Position numbers and translations under genes: made by a program. DNA of 64,000 bases from Phycisphaeraceae bacterium (GTDB lineage: Bacteria > Planctomycetota > Phycisphaerae > Phycisphaerales > Phycisphaeraceae), in assembly GCA_046540025.1 (NCBI GenBank), contig JBKHFW010000010.1:2845-66844 (forward strand). Direction: 5' to 3'. This document shows, piece after piece, positions 49,734 through 58,120 of this stretch (position 1 is its first letter; every line of letters begins with the position of its first letter). A model generated the notes under the pieces. The model did no database searches. It saw nothing but the letters and a program-made list of their open reading frames with translations, and was not told the DNA's origin.

Positions 49734-50771
49734 TCAGGGCGTGCCCACCAGGGTGAGCACGAGAAATCCGCCGACGTAGAAAAGCAGCATGAGCACGCTT
49801 TCAAATCCGATGTTGGCGATGCCCCGCTTTTCGCGATGCACCAGGCCCATCACCAGCACCGAGGTCATGATGATGCTCAGGGCGACGAGGAACCGCTGCT
49901 GCGGACCCACGGCGTGGTAGATCGATCCCTCGCGATAGGCCACGTCCGCCGCCGCGGCGAAGAGCACGTCGAAGGCGTTGCCGCCGATGATGTTGGTCAC
50001 CGCCAGGGTCAGCGCCCCCTGGCGGACGGCCGCGATCGCCGTGACCAGTTCGGGCGTCGAGGTGCTCACCGCCATCAGCAGCCCGCCCACGACGGTCGCG
50101 CTGATGCCGGTCTGCTCGGCGATGCCGGTGCCCGTCTTGGCGACGAACCAACCCGAGAGGGCGGTCGTCACCGCCGCGGCAACGAACCAGATCCACAGCC
50201 CGCGAAGCGTCTCGCCCTCGGGGGGCTCGTCGGGCACGTCCTGCCGGGTCTGGCGGGTCTGCCTCGCCAGCCACTGCGGCTGCTGACCGCTGCGGCGGAC
50301 CAGGTGTATGCCGCCGAGGTAGGCCAGCACCAGCAGGGGGGTGACCGGGTGGATGCTCAGCCAGGTCACATCGGGTGAATCGCCCGCCAGGCTCACGCCG
50401 GCGAGCATCGCCACCAGCAGCGTGCCGTAGATGATGCTCGGCACGCTCGCCGCGGCGTGCTCGAGGTTGGCCCCGCGGTTGAAAAAGTCGGCGACCCCCA
50501 GAAACGCCGTCTGCGCGGCGATGCCGCCGATCGCGTTGCTGATCGCCAGGTCCGCCCGGCCCGCCAGCGCGACCGTCACCGACGTGGTGATGCCCGGCAG
50601 CGAGGTCGTCGCGCCCAGCAGCACCGCCCCGGTGATCGCCTCCCCCATGCCCGTGCGGTCGGCCAGCCGGTCGGCGATCCGCGCCAGCTTCGTGCCCACG
50701 ACCGCGATCACCGCGCCGGCCGCGACGAACACCACGATGTTCAGCCAGAGCGGCCAGTTCAGTTCCACCAT
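49734..50771 (-). CDS. Ca2+/Na+ antiporter family (CaCA, YrbG-like) membrane protein
   Basis: The product is 345 aa from ATG 50771. Two alpha-repeat-like blocks are present (GATTSLPGITTSV and STSTPELVTAI). The track ORF continues to 52322 but is antisense to the next gene. Confidence 0.8.
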   Translation of the reverse strand: MVELNWPLWLNIVVFVAAGAVIAVVGTKLARIADRLADRTGMGEAITGAVLLGATTSLPGITTSVTVALAGRADLAISNAIGGIAAQTAFLGVADFFNRGANLEHAAASVPSIIYGTLLVAMLAGVSLAGDSPDVTWLSIHPVTPLLVLAYLGGIHLVRRSGQQPQWLARQTRQTRQDVPDEPPEGETLRGLWIWFVAAAVTTALSGWFVAKTGTGIAEQTGISATVVGGLLMAVSTSTPELVTAIAAVRQGALTLAVTNIIGGNAFDVLFAAAADVAYREGSIYHAVGPQQRFLVALSIIMTSVLVMGLVHREKRGIANIGFESVLMLLFYVGGFLVLTLVGTP

Positions 50772-50803
50772 CGCTTCACACCCTCGCCCGCCGGGATCGG
50801 GGG

Positions 50804-50809
50804 ATTGTA
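50804..50809 (-). promoter_or_regulatory. TACAAT -10 candidate for the CaCA gene
   Basis: TACAAT on the minus strand lies 32 nt upstream of the ATG. GAGGGTG is the SD. Confidence 0.35.
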
Positions 50810-50915
50810 GGCCCTGCCTTCCGGGCGATCCTCCGCGGCCGGGGCGGTGGACTTCGTCCCGGCAGCCCTCTAGAACTCCGCGCCGCGATTCGTCCCGGCA
50901 GGAGACCACGAGGCC

Positions 50916-51989
50916 ATGGCGAATACCTCGCCCCAGGCTTGGAACGCCGCCCGGCCGGCCGGGTACGTCGTGTTCTACGACGGCCGCTGCCAGATCTGCC
51001 GGGCCATCCGCACCGCCCTCGAGTGGCTCGAGGCCGACGCGCCGCTGCGCTTCGTCGACGTCAACGACCGCAAGGCGCTCGCGGCCTGGCCCCGAATCGA
51101 CCCCGACGCGGCGCAACGCGAGGTGTCGGTCATCGACCCGCGCGGCCGACTCACCCGGGGCTACCGCGCAAGCCTCGTGCTCAGCTTCGCCACCATGCCC
51201 GCCCTGCGCCCGCTTCGCCCGCTGCTCGAAAGCAGCCCCGCCGAGGCGGTGGGGCAGCGGCTCTACCGCCTGGTCTCCGACCGCCGTGACCTGCTCAGCA
51301 ATTTCCTCTTCCCCTTCCGCGAACGCCGGCCCGAACGCGAGGCCCGGCCCGACCGCGAAACTGGAGGCGTCATGCCCATCGTCACCCGAGATCGCAGCAC
51401 GCAAGCTCCCAGCCAGCCCACGCCCAAGCCGCATCCCGCCCCGCCCCAGCGCACCGAACGCGGGCCCGCCACGCTGCCCCCGGCCGGCGACGTCGCCCGC
51501 GGCGTGCTCGCCGGGGCGGTTGCCGGCCTCGTCGGCTCCTGGACGATGAACCAACTGCACACCGCTATGAGCAAGCTCAGCCAGTCCGACGTCGGCGAAC
51601 AGGAGCAGTCCGAGCAGCAGGAGGACAAACCCGAGCCGGCGACGGTCAAGGCGGCCAGAAAAATCGTCGAGGACGGGCTGGGCCATCCCATGAGCGACCG
51701 CGAGAAGAAGATCGCCGGCCCGGTCATGCACTACGGCTTCGGCGCGGCGGTGGGGGCCCTCTACGGCGGGCTCGCCGAGCTGACGCCCGTGGTCACCCGC
51801 GGCGGGGGCACCTTCTACGGCGGAGCGGTCTGGGTCGGCGCCGACGAAATCGTCGTGCCCGCCTCCGGGCTCTCCGGCCCGCCCACCGAGCAGCCGGCGT
51901 CGGTGCACGTCGAGGCGCTCGGGGCGCACCTGGTCTACGGCGTGAGCCTCGAGCTGACGCGCAAGGCGATTCGCCGATGGCTGCTCTGA
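50916..51989 (+). CDS. fusion of a DCC-type thiol-disulfide oxidoreductase (DUF393) with a C-terminal DUF1440-like membrane domain
   Basis: The N-terminus carries VVFYDGRCQICR (a CxxC). A Pro/Gln-rich linker follows. The C-terminus has Gly-rich TM segments (VLAGAVAGLVGSW, MHYGFGAAVGALYGG). Confidence 0.6.
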   Translation: MANTSPQAWNAARPAGYVVFYDGRCQICRAIRTALEWLEADAPLRFVDVNDRKALAAWPRIDPDAAQREVSVIDPRGRLTRGYRASLVLSFATMPALRPLRPLLESSPAEAVGQRLYRLVSDRRDLLSNFLFPFRERRPEREARPDRETGGVMPIVTRDRSTQAPSQPTPKPHPAPPQRTERGPATLPPAGDVARGVLAGAVAGLVGSWTMNQLHTAMSKLSQSDVGEQEQSEQQEDKPEPATVKAARKIVEDGLGHPMSDREKKIAGPVMHYGFGAAVGALYGGLAELTPVVTRGGGTFYGGAVWVGADEIVVPASGLSGPPTEQPASVHVEALGAHLVYGVSLELTRKAIRRWLL

Positions 51990-52041
51990 ACGCTCCCTCC
52001 GCCGGTAGCGGGCCGGCAGGGCTTTGGGTACCTTGTGGGCC

Positions 52042-53658
52042 ATGACTCCCGGCTGTGCCAGCTCGATCTTCCGCCGCCCCCGCGTCCTCTTTGCCGGGCT
52101 GCTGGCTGCGCTGCTCGTTCTGGCAGCCGCCGGGGCCGTGGCGCGGGCGAGCCTGCCCTTCGCCGGCAGCGGCGAGCACCTCTGGCTGGTGCTGCCAGGC
52201 GGTGAGCAGACGATCGCCGTCCTCCACCGCGGCCCCGGGGACGATCCGGGGCTCCGGCAGGTCAAGGAAGCCCGCGGCCGAATCGCGCCGCGCGGCATCG
52301 CCGCTGACGGAAACCGCCTCACGCTGGTCTACCGCGACGGCACGCTGCAGAGCCTCGCCGCCCGCCCCGGCCGGGTGCCGGAGAGCTGGCAGTACGACCC
52401 GAGCCCTGGCAAGCCGCTGCCCGACGGGGTGACCCTGCGGGCGTTCGCCGGCTCGGCGCGTCGGCCCTGGGCGCTGGTGCGGGCGACCGATCCGGACGTC
52501 CTCGCCGAGCTGGACGGCACCGAAGCGTCCGCGGACCGGTCTGCTGAGGCTCAGAGCGCCGATCGCCTGCTGACGCTCCGGCAGGGCAACTGGCGGCGTG
52601 CCGAACTGCCCGACGACTGGCCCGGCCGGGCGGCGGCGCACCTCGTCGTGCTCGGTGAGGGCCGGGCGCGGACCCCGCTGCTGCTGGCCGTGCTGCCGGA
52701 CGAACTGCGCACGTGGCACCGGGCGGACGGCGCGTGGCAGGGCCGAAGCTATCCGCTGCCCGACGGTGCCCGCCTGGCGGTGAGCCGGGTGGACGACCAG
52801 CTCGCCCTGGCGTGGGCGCAGCGGACGGACGGGGGCCGACAGATCAGCCTGGCGCTGCTTCGCCCGGGCCGGATCGAGCGCATCGGCGAGGTGACGCTGC
52901 CGGTGTCGAGCGGGGCGGAGTGGGGCCTCGCCGGCGGCGGGCAGCGGCTGGTCGTACTCGCTGCCGAGCCGGCCAGGGCTCCGGATCAGCCCCTGCCGCG
53001 GCTGGTCTGGGCGTGGATGGGGTTTGACGGCCAGCTCCTGGTCGAGCCGGGCGAGGTCGATCTGCTCGACCCCAGCCCGCCGTTCTGGGCGGCGGACATG
53101 ATCCTGCACGTGAGCGTGGTCGGGCTGGCGGTCGTGCTGCTGCTGCTTTTCTGGCGGCGCGACCCCGAGAGCAACCAGGTGAAGCTGCCCGAGACCCAGC
53201 AGCTCGCCCCGCTGGCGAGGCGGACGGTCGCGGCCCTGGTCGACCTGGCGCCGTTCATCGCCCTGGTCATGTTCATCTACCAGCTCGATCTGCGCGAGCT
53301 GCTGCTGGTCCGCTGGCCCGGCGGAAGCGGGCAGATGGGCGGCTGGGAGTCGATGGCGCCCGGGCTCGTCGTCATCGGCCCGTTCCTCGTCTACGTCACC
53401 GTCGCGGAGCTGATCTTCGCCCGCACCGTGGGCAAGCTGGTCGCCGGCCTGCGCGTGACCGATCTGCGCGGCAGTCGGCCGCGGTGGTGGCAACTGCTCG
53501 TGCGCAACCTGCTCAAGGGCTTCGACCTGATCGTCTGGCTGCTTCTGATCCTGGTGGTCATCGGCCCGTACCGCCAGCGGCTGGGCGACCTGCTCGCGCG
53601 CACCATCGTCACCGCCCCCGCGCCGCCGCCCGTGCAGGAAGAAGCCTCCAGCGAGTGA
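52042..53658 (+). CDS. membrane protein with a beta-rich extracytoplasmic domain and a C-terminal RDD domain
   Basis: There is an N-terminal TM or signal segment. The C-terminus has an RDD-like block ([13 protein letters not shown]...[11 protein letters not shown]). Confidence 0.65.
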   Translation: MTPGCASSIFRRPRVLFAGLLAALLVLAAAGAVARASLPFAGSGEHLWLVLPGGEQTIAVLHRGPGDDPGLRQVKEARGRIAPRGIAADGNRLTLVYRDGTLQSLAARPGRVPESWQYDPSPGKPLPDGVTLRAFAGSARRPWALVRATDPDVLAELDGTEASADRSAEAQSADRLLTLRQGNWRRAELPDDWPGRAAAHLVVLGEGRARTPLLLAVLPDELRTWHRADGAWQGRSYPLPDGARLAVSRVDDQLALAWAQRTDGGRQISLALLRPGRIERIGEVTLPVSSGAEWGLAGGGQRLVVLAAEPARAPDQPLPRLVWAWMGFDGQLLVEPGEVDLLDPSPPFWAADMILHVSVVGLAVVLLLLFWRRDPESNQVKLPETQQLAPLARRTVAALVDLAPFIALVMFIYQLDLRELLLVRWPGGSGQMGGWESMAPGLVVIGPFLVYVTVAELIFARTVGKLVAGLRVTDLRGSRPRWWQLLVRNLLKGFDLIVWLLLILVVIGPYRQRLGDLLARTIVTAPAPPPVQEEASSE

Positions 53659-53678
53659 TACGCCAGCGAGACCGGATC

Positions 53679-54404
53679 ATGGCCGAGCCGACACAATCCG
53701 CCGTCGTCCTGCTCTCGGGCGGCCTCGATTCCGCCACCGTGCTGGCGATCGCCCGCAGCGAGGGCTACGCCTGTCACGCCCTGAGCTTCGACTACGGCCA
53801 GCGGCACAAGGTGGAGATGGAGGCCGCCCGCCGGGTCGCCCGCGAGCTCGGCGTCGCCTCGCACCGCTGGGTGACGATCGACCTCCGCGCGCTGGGCGGT
53901 TCCGCCCTGACCTCCGACGAGGCGGTGCCCAAGGATCGCGAGCAGGACCAGCTCGGCAGCGACATCCCCGTCACCTACGTCCCCGCGCGGAACACGATCT
54001 TCCTGAGCTACGCCCTGGCGCTCGCCGAGGTGATCGGGGCCGGCGACATCTTCATCGGCGCCAACGCCGTGGACTACTCCGGCTATCCCGACTGCCGACC
54101 GGCCTACCTCGAGGCGTTCGAGACCATGGCCAACCTCGGCACCCGCGCCGGCACGCAGGGCGAGGGCATCCGCATCCGCGCCCCGCTGCTGGACCTGCCC
54201 AAGACCGAGATCGTCCGTCGGGGGCTCGAGCTGGGCGTGGACTTCGCGATCACCCACTCCTGCTACGACCCCGAGCCCGACTCGGCCGCGCCGCTGGGCG
54301 TGCGCCCCTGCGGCCACTGCGACGCCTGCCTGCTGCGGCAGCGCGCGTTCGAGGCCCTGGGCATGACCGACCCGGCAGGGGGCGGGGGGAGCGGGAGTAG
54401 TTAA
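53679..54404 (+). CDS. queC: 7-cyano-7-deazaguanine synthase
   Basis: [20 protein letters not shown] and the C-terminal Zn cluster (HSCYD...CGHCDAC) are present. The last codons (GGGGSGSS) are encoded by the downstream repeat element. Confidence 0.92.
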   Translation: MAEPTQSAVVLLSGGLDSATVLAIARSEGYACHALSFDYGQRHKVEMEAARRVARELGVASHRWVTIDLRALGGSALTSDEAVPKDREQDQLGSDIPVTYVPARNTIFLSYALALAEVIGAGDIFIGANAVDYSGYPDCRPAYLEAFETMANLGTRAGTQGEGIRIRAPLLDLPKTEIVRRGLELGVDFAITHSCYDPEPDSAAPLGVRPCGHCDACLLRQRAFEALGMTDPAGGGGSGSS

Positions 54405-54435
54405 AGGAGTTAAAGGGAGTTAGAGGGAGTTAGCC
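54393..54435 (+). repeat. tandem repeat of about 10 nt, GGAGTTARAG x4 (start of intergenic element copy B)
   Basis: It reads GGGAGTAGTTAAA GGAGTTAAAG GGAGTTAGAG GGAGTTAGCC. TAA and TAG stops fall in all three frames. Confidence 0.85.
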
Positions 54436-54564
54436 CCCGGCTCTGCCGGGGGGCGAGCTGCGCTCGCGGGGGAGGGCCACAGATGAACGCGGATGAACAC
54501 AGATGGGAGTTGACAGGGGGGGAAGGTGTTCAGGACCCCCAAGCCGGGGCAGAGCGGAGCGCCG

Positions 54565-54587
54565 CCCCGGGTATCGCCGGGGTTTTT
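54565..54587 (+). terminator. intrinsic terminator closing intergenic element copy B
   Basis: The sequence is CCCCGG-GTATCG-CCGGGG followed by TTTTT. Confidence 0.65.
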
Positions 54588-54635
54588 GTGGAACCGTTAG
54601 CGCCTGGACCCCAGCTTCCAGCCCCTAACCTCCAG

Positions 54636-54670
54636 CCTCTAACCTCTAACCTCTAATCTCTAATCTCTAA
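54636..54670 (+). repeat. tandem heptamer array (CCTCTAA)x3 (TCTCTAA)x2 ending 4 nt before the next ATG
   Basis: There are five contiguous 7-nt units read directly from the sequence. A related CCCTAACCTCCAG segment lies just upstream. Confidence 0.9.
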
Positions 54671-54674
54671 CCCC

Positions 54675-55970
54675 ATGCCTCCCACCGCCCGCTCCCGCCC
54701 CCGACCCGACCTGCCCGCCCCGGCGTGGCTGCGGTGGCCGGTGCGCCTGCTCGCCTGCGTGGCGATCGGGTTCACCATCGTCCTGCTGCGCGAGTCGCTG
54801 GTCGGCGGGGTCAGCCTGCCCGGCTGCGCCCCGGGGTCGGGCTGCGACGAGGTGCTGAGCAGCCCCTGGTCCTACTGGCTGGGCGTTCCCGTGTCAGGGC
54901 CGGCGCTGGTGGTGTACGCCAGCCTGCTCGGGGCGTCATTGCATGTCGGGCCCGCGGCCGGGCCGGCGCGGCGGCGGTGGGCGTGGTGGATTCTCGCGGC
55001 CGCAGCCTTCGCGGCCGCGGCGTCGGCGGTGTGGTTCATCATCGTCCAGGCCTGGCTGCTCGGGGCGTGGTGCAGGTACTGCTCGGCCGTGCACGGCTCG
55101 GGGCTGGCGATCACGCTGCTGGTGGGCGGGTTCTGGCTCACGCGGATGCGCCGCGCTCCGCTCATTGCCGCCGCCGGGACGGGGCTGGCGGTGACGGCCG
55201 TGCTCGTGGCAGGGCAGTGGCTCTTCCCCTCGGCCGGCAGCCGAACGGTCGAGCTCCACGCCCGGGCGGGGTGGAACCCGCAGGACCAGTGGGTCTTCCC
55301 GCTGCCCGAGGGCGGCATGGTCGCGGTCGATCCTGCTCCGATGCCCCGGCTCGGGCCGGCGGACGCGCCGGTCATGCTCATCGAGCTCTACGACTACACC
55401 TGCCCGCACTGCCGCATCCTGCACGACCAGCTCGCCGCCGCCCGGGACCGCTACGGCAAACAGATGGGCGTCATCCTCCTGCCCATCCCGCTTGACGCTG
55501 AGTGCAACCCGCGCATCCGGTCCACACTGGACATGCACCGCGGCGCCTGTGAGCTCGCCCGCATCGCGCTCGCGGTTTGGCGGGCCGATCCCGACGAGTT
55601 CGCCGCTTTCGACCGCTGGCTCTTCTCCGACCCCTGGCCCAGGTTGCCGAGCGTGGCCCGCAACTACGCCCGGACGCTCGTGGGCGAGGATGCGCTCGCC
55701 GCGGCGCTCGCGGACCCGTGGGTGGACGCTCAACTTCAGCGGAACATCACTCTCTACGGCCGAACGGGCGGGGGCTCGGTGCCCAAGCTGGTGCTGGGCA
55801 CGATCTACCTCGAGGGCCGGCCCGCCTCGGCCGCGGACCTCTTCGAGCTGCTCGAGGCCCGCACCCGGCTCGAGCCGGTTTCCCGCCCGGGCGTTACAAT
55901 TCCGGACGAGGACCAGACCACGAACCCCCGGGGCGACGCCCCGCGCGAGGATGCCGAAGATGACCGCTGA
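54675..55970 (+). CDS. VKOR-family / DsbA-like thioredoxin fusion protein
   Basis: The N-terminal VKOR-like membrane domain has loop cysteines (GCAPGSGC) and CRYC. The C-terminal thioredoxin domain has CPHC (LYDYTCPHCRIL). Confidence 0.8.
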   Translation: MPPTARSRPRPDLPAPAWLRWPVRLLACVAIGFTIVLLRESLVGGVSLPGCAPGSGCDEVLSSPWSYWLGVPVSGPALVVYASLLGASLHVGPAAGPARRRWAWWILAAAAFAAAASAVWFIIVQAWLLGAWCRYCSAVHGSGLAITLLVGGFWLTRMRRAPLIAAAGTGLAVTAVLVAGQWLFPSAGSRTVELHARAGWNPQDQWVFPLPEGGMVAVDPAPMPRLGPADAPVMLIELYDYTCPHCRILHDQLAAARDRYGKQMGVILLPIPLDAECNPRIRSTLDMHRGACELARIALAVWRADPDEFAAFDRWLFSDPWPRLPSVARNYARTLVGEDALAAALADPWVDAQLQRNITLYGRTGGGSVPKLVLGTIYLEGRPASAADLFELLEARTRLEPVSRPGVTIPDEDQTTNPRGDAPREDAEDDR

Positions 55971-57489
55971 CACTGCAAGCAAGCTCAAGACCCGCCTCAT
56001 GGTGGGGCTGGAGATTCACGTCGAGCTCAACACGCGCTCGAAGATGTTCACGAGCGCCCCGAACGTGGCCCATCCCGACTTCTACGACGCCGAGCCCAAC
56101 ACGCTGACCGACCCGGTCGTGCTGGGCATGCCCGGCACGCTGCCGGTGATCAACCGCGAGGCGGTGCACAAGAGCATGCTCGTCGGCCTGGCGCTGGGCT
56201 GCCGAATCGCGAAGCGGACCAAGTGGGACCGCAAGAGCTACTACTACCCCGACCTGCCCAAGAACTATCAGATCAGCCAGTACGACATGCCGCTGTGCGA
56301 GGAAGGCGAGCTGGAGATCCCCCTCACCGACGAGCCCGGCGCTGCCGAGTCGGCGGGAACGAAGACCATCCGCATCCTCCGCGCCCACCTCGAGGAGGAC
56401 GCCGGCAAGCTGCTGCACGAAGCGCCGGGCGGCGGGAAGATCGACTGCTCCATCGTCGATCTCAACCGCGCGGGCACGCCGCTGCTCGAAATTGTGACCT
56501 ATCCCGACTTCGAGACCCCGGACCAGGTGGTCAGCTTCGCCCAGCAGCTCCGCCGCATCGTCCGCCACCTCGGCGTGAGCGAGTGCATCATGCAGCAGGG
56601 GCACATGCGCTTCGAGCCGAACATCAACGTCATCATCGAACGCGGCGGCGAGACCTGCAAAACCCCCATCGTCGAGATCAAGAACCTCAACAGCTTCCGG
56701 GCCGTCTACGGCGCGGTCGCCCACGAGTATGAGCGGCAGGTCGAGGACTTCCTCGACACCGGCGAAGTCTCCCGCCCCGGCGCCAAAAGCACCCGCGGCT
56801 GGGACGACGCCCGCGGCGTCACCTTCCTCCAGCGCGAGAAGGAGGAGGCCCACGACTACCGCTACTTCCCCGATCCCGACCTCGTCGAGCTCACCGTCGA
56901 GGACGGCTGGCTCGAGCAGGTGCGAAGCGAGCTGCCCGAGCTGCCGCTGACCCGGGAGAAGCGGTACGTCGAGGAGCTGGGGATCGACCCCAGGGACGCC
57001 CGCTCGCTGGTGGAGGAGCCGCGGGTGACGCGGTTCTTTGAAGCGGTCATCTCGGCCGGCGCTGCCCCGCAGCGGGCGGCGACGATCCTGCGCAACAACC
57101 TCGCCCGCCGGGCCAACGAGCAGGGCGCGCAGGTGGACGAGCTGGGCATCGCCCCGCAGCAGGTGGCGGATGTGATCGCGCTGGTCGACGCCGACCAGAT
57201 CGGCTCGAGCGCGGTGGACGATCTGCTGGGCTACTGCGCCGAGTCGGACGACTCGGCCGAGGCGCTGGCGAAGGGGCACGGCCTCGTGCAGGTGAGCGAC
57301 GCCGGGGCGCTCGAGGGCATGGTGGACCAGGTGCTCGCCGACCCGAAAAACGCCAGACCGGTCGAGGACATCAAGGGTGGCAAGGACAAGGCGATCGGCG
57401 CCCTGATGGGCCAGATCATGAAGCTCAGCAAGGGTCAGGCCAACCCGAAGATGGTGCGGGACCTGATCAAAGCGAAGCTGCAGGGGTGA
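55951..57489 (+). CDS. gatB: Asp-tRNA(Asn)/Glu-tRNA(Gln) amidotransferase subunit B
   Basis: Motifs GLEIHVELNT, DLNRAGTPLLEIV and a C-terminal GatB/YqeY domain are present. It overlaps the upstream gene by 20 nt. An alternative ATG lies at 55960. Confidence 0.92.
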   Translation: MPKMTADTASKLKTRLMVGLEIHVELNTRSKMFTSAPNVAHPDFYDAEPNTLTDPVVLGMPGTLPVINREAVHKSMLVGLALGCRIAKRTKWDRKSYYYPDLPKNYQISQYDMPLCEEGELEIPLTDEPGAAESAGTKTIRILRAHLEEDAGKLLHEAPGGGKIDCSIVDLNRAGTPLLEIVTYPDFETPDQVVSFAQQLRRIVRHLGVSECIMQQGHMRFEPNINVIIERGGETCKTPIVEIKNLNSFRAVYGAVAHEYERQVEDFLDTGEVSRPGAKSTRGWDDARGVTFLQREKEEAHDYRYFPDPDLVELTVEDGWLEQVRSELPELPLTREKRYVEELGIDPRDARSLVEEPRVTRFFEAVISAGAAPQRAATILRNNLARRANEQGAQVDELGIAPQQVADVIALVDADQIGSSAVDDLLGYCAESDDSAEALAKGHGLVQVSDAGALEGMVDQVLADPKNARPVEDIKGGKDKAIGALMGQIMKLSKGQANPKMVRDLIKAKLQG

Positions 57490-57497
57490 GGCGGCGG

Positions 57498-57521
57498 GGC
57501 ACCGCATGCCAATGCGGTGCC
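57498..57521 (+). terminator. perfect 10-bp hairpin after gatB (no T-tract)
   Basis: The sequence is GGCACCGCAT-GCCA-ATGCGGTGCC, starting 9 nt after the gatB stop. Confidence 0.4.
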
Positions 57522-57747
57522 TGCCGCAAGCGAACGATTCCGGCGCTTCGCCCGGGCGGGTGTGGGTGCTAGCATTGCCGGAGGCGTCGCCGCGGGGCTG
57601 GGGGGCCTGATGACCGACCAGTTGCCGATTGCCTTGGGCGGCGCGGGGCTGCTGGTTCTGGCGGCGCTGGCGTTGAAGTTTCTGCCCTCGAACCGCAGGG
57701 AGGGGCCTGACGATGTCCAGGAAGACGCTTTTCAATCTCGGGCGTGA
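57517..57747 (+). CDS. small glycine-zipper-like membrane protein (hypothetical); start uncertain
   Basis: GC3 is high across GVGASIAGGVAAGLGGL and LPIALGGAGLLVLAALAL. The track start is a GTG inside the hairpin; an internal ATG lies at 57610. Confidence 0.4.
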   Translation: MPAASERFRRFARAGVGASIAGGVAAGLGGLMTDQLPIALGGAGLLVLAALALKFLPSNRREGPDDVQEDAFQSRA

Positions 57748-58090
57748 GGCCGCGGAGCGTGTGCCGTGGGAGAAGGTCGCGTTCAAGGCGTGGCAGATCT
57801 ACGAGGACACGCGCAAGCGGTCCGAGGCCGCGAAGGCCGGCGCCGCCCGGCCCCGCTCGACGGGGGAGGCGTCGCTGGAGGACGTGCTGGGCGAGCTCGA
57901 CCGCCTGGAGAAGGAAAATGCCGAGCAGGCCGAGACCTCCCGGCGGCTGGCCGAGCAGCTTGCCGGGCTGACGGACCGGGTGCAGCGGCTGGGGCGGTGG
58001 CTGACGGTGGCGCTGATCGCCCTGGCCGTGACGCTGCCGGTTGCGCTGGCCGGGCTGATCGTGGGGGCGATCGCGCTGGCGACGGGCTGA
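57713..58090 (+). CDS. tail-anchored coiled-coil protein (hypothetical)
   Basis: GGGAGGGG lies 8 nt upstream of the ATG. GC3 is high, the central region is a coiled coil, and the C-terminus is a TM segment (WLTVALIALAVTLPVALAGLIVGAIALA). Confidence 0.6.
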   Translation: MSRKTLFNLGREAAERVPWEKVAFKAWQIYEDTRKRSEAAKAGAARPRSTGEASLEDVLGELDRLEKENAEQAETSRRLAEQLAGLTDRVQRLGRWLTVALIALAVTLPVALAGLIVGAIALATG

Positions 58091-58120
58091 CACGTCGATT
58101 CGCTTTTCTGTGGAGCATGC

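Noticed and set aside
50772-52322. An upstream extension of the minus-strand ORF 49734..52322.
   Set aside because: CaCA homology starts at MVELNW (ATG 50771). The extension overlaps the plus-strand DCC-fusion gene and is low complexity.
54621-54674. Telomere-like CCCTAA/CTAACC repeats, or a CRISPR-like array.
   Set aside because: The units are 7 nt and contiguous with no spacers, so this is not a CRISPR array. The array is internal to a bacterial chromosome segment and abuts a start codon, so it is not a telomere.
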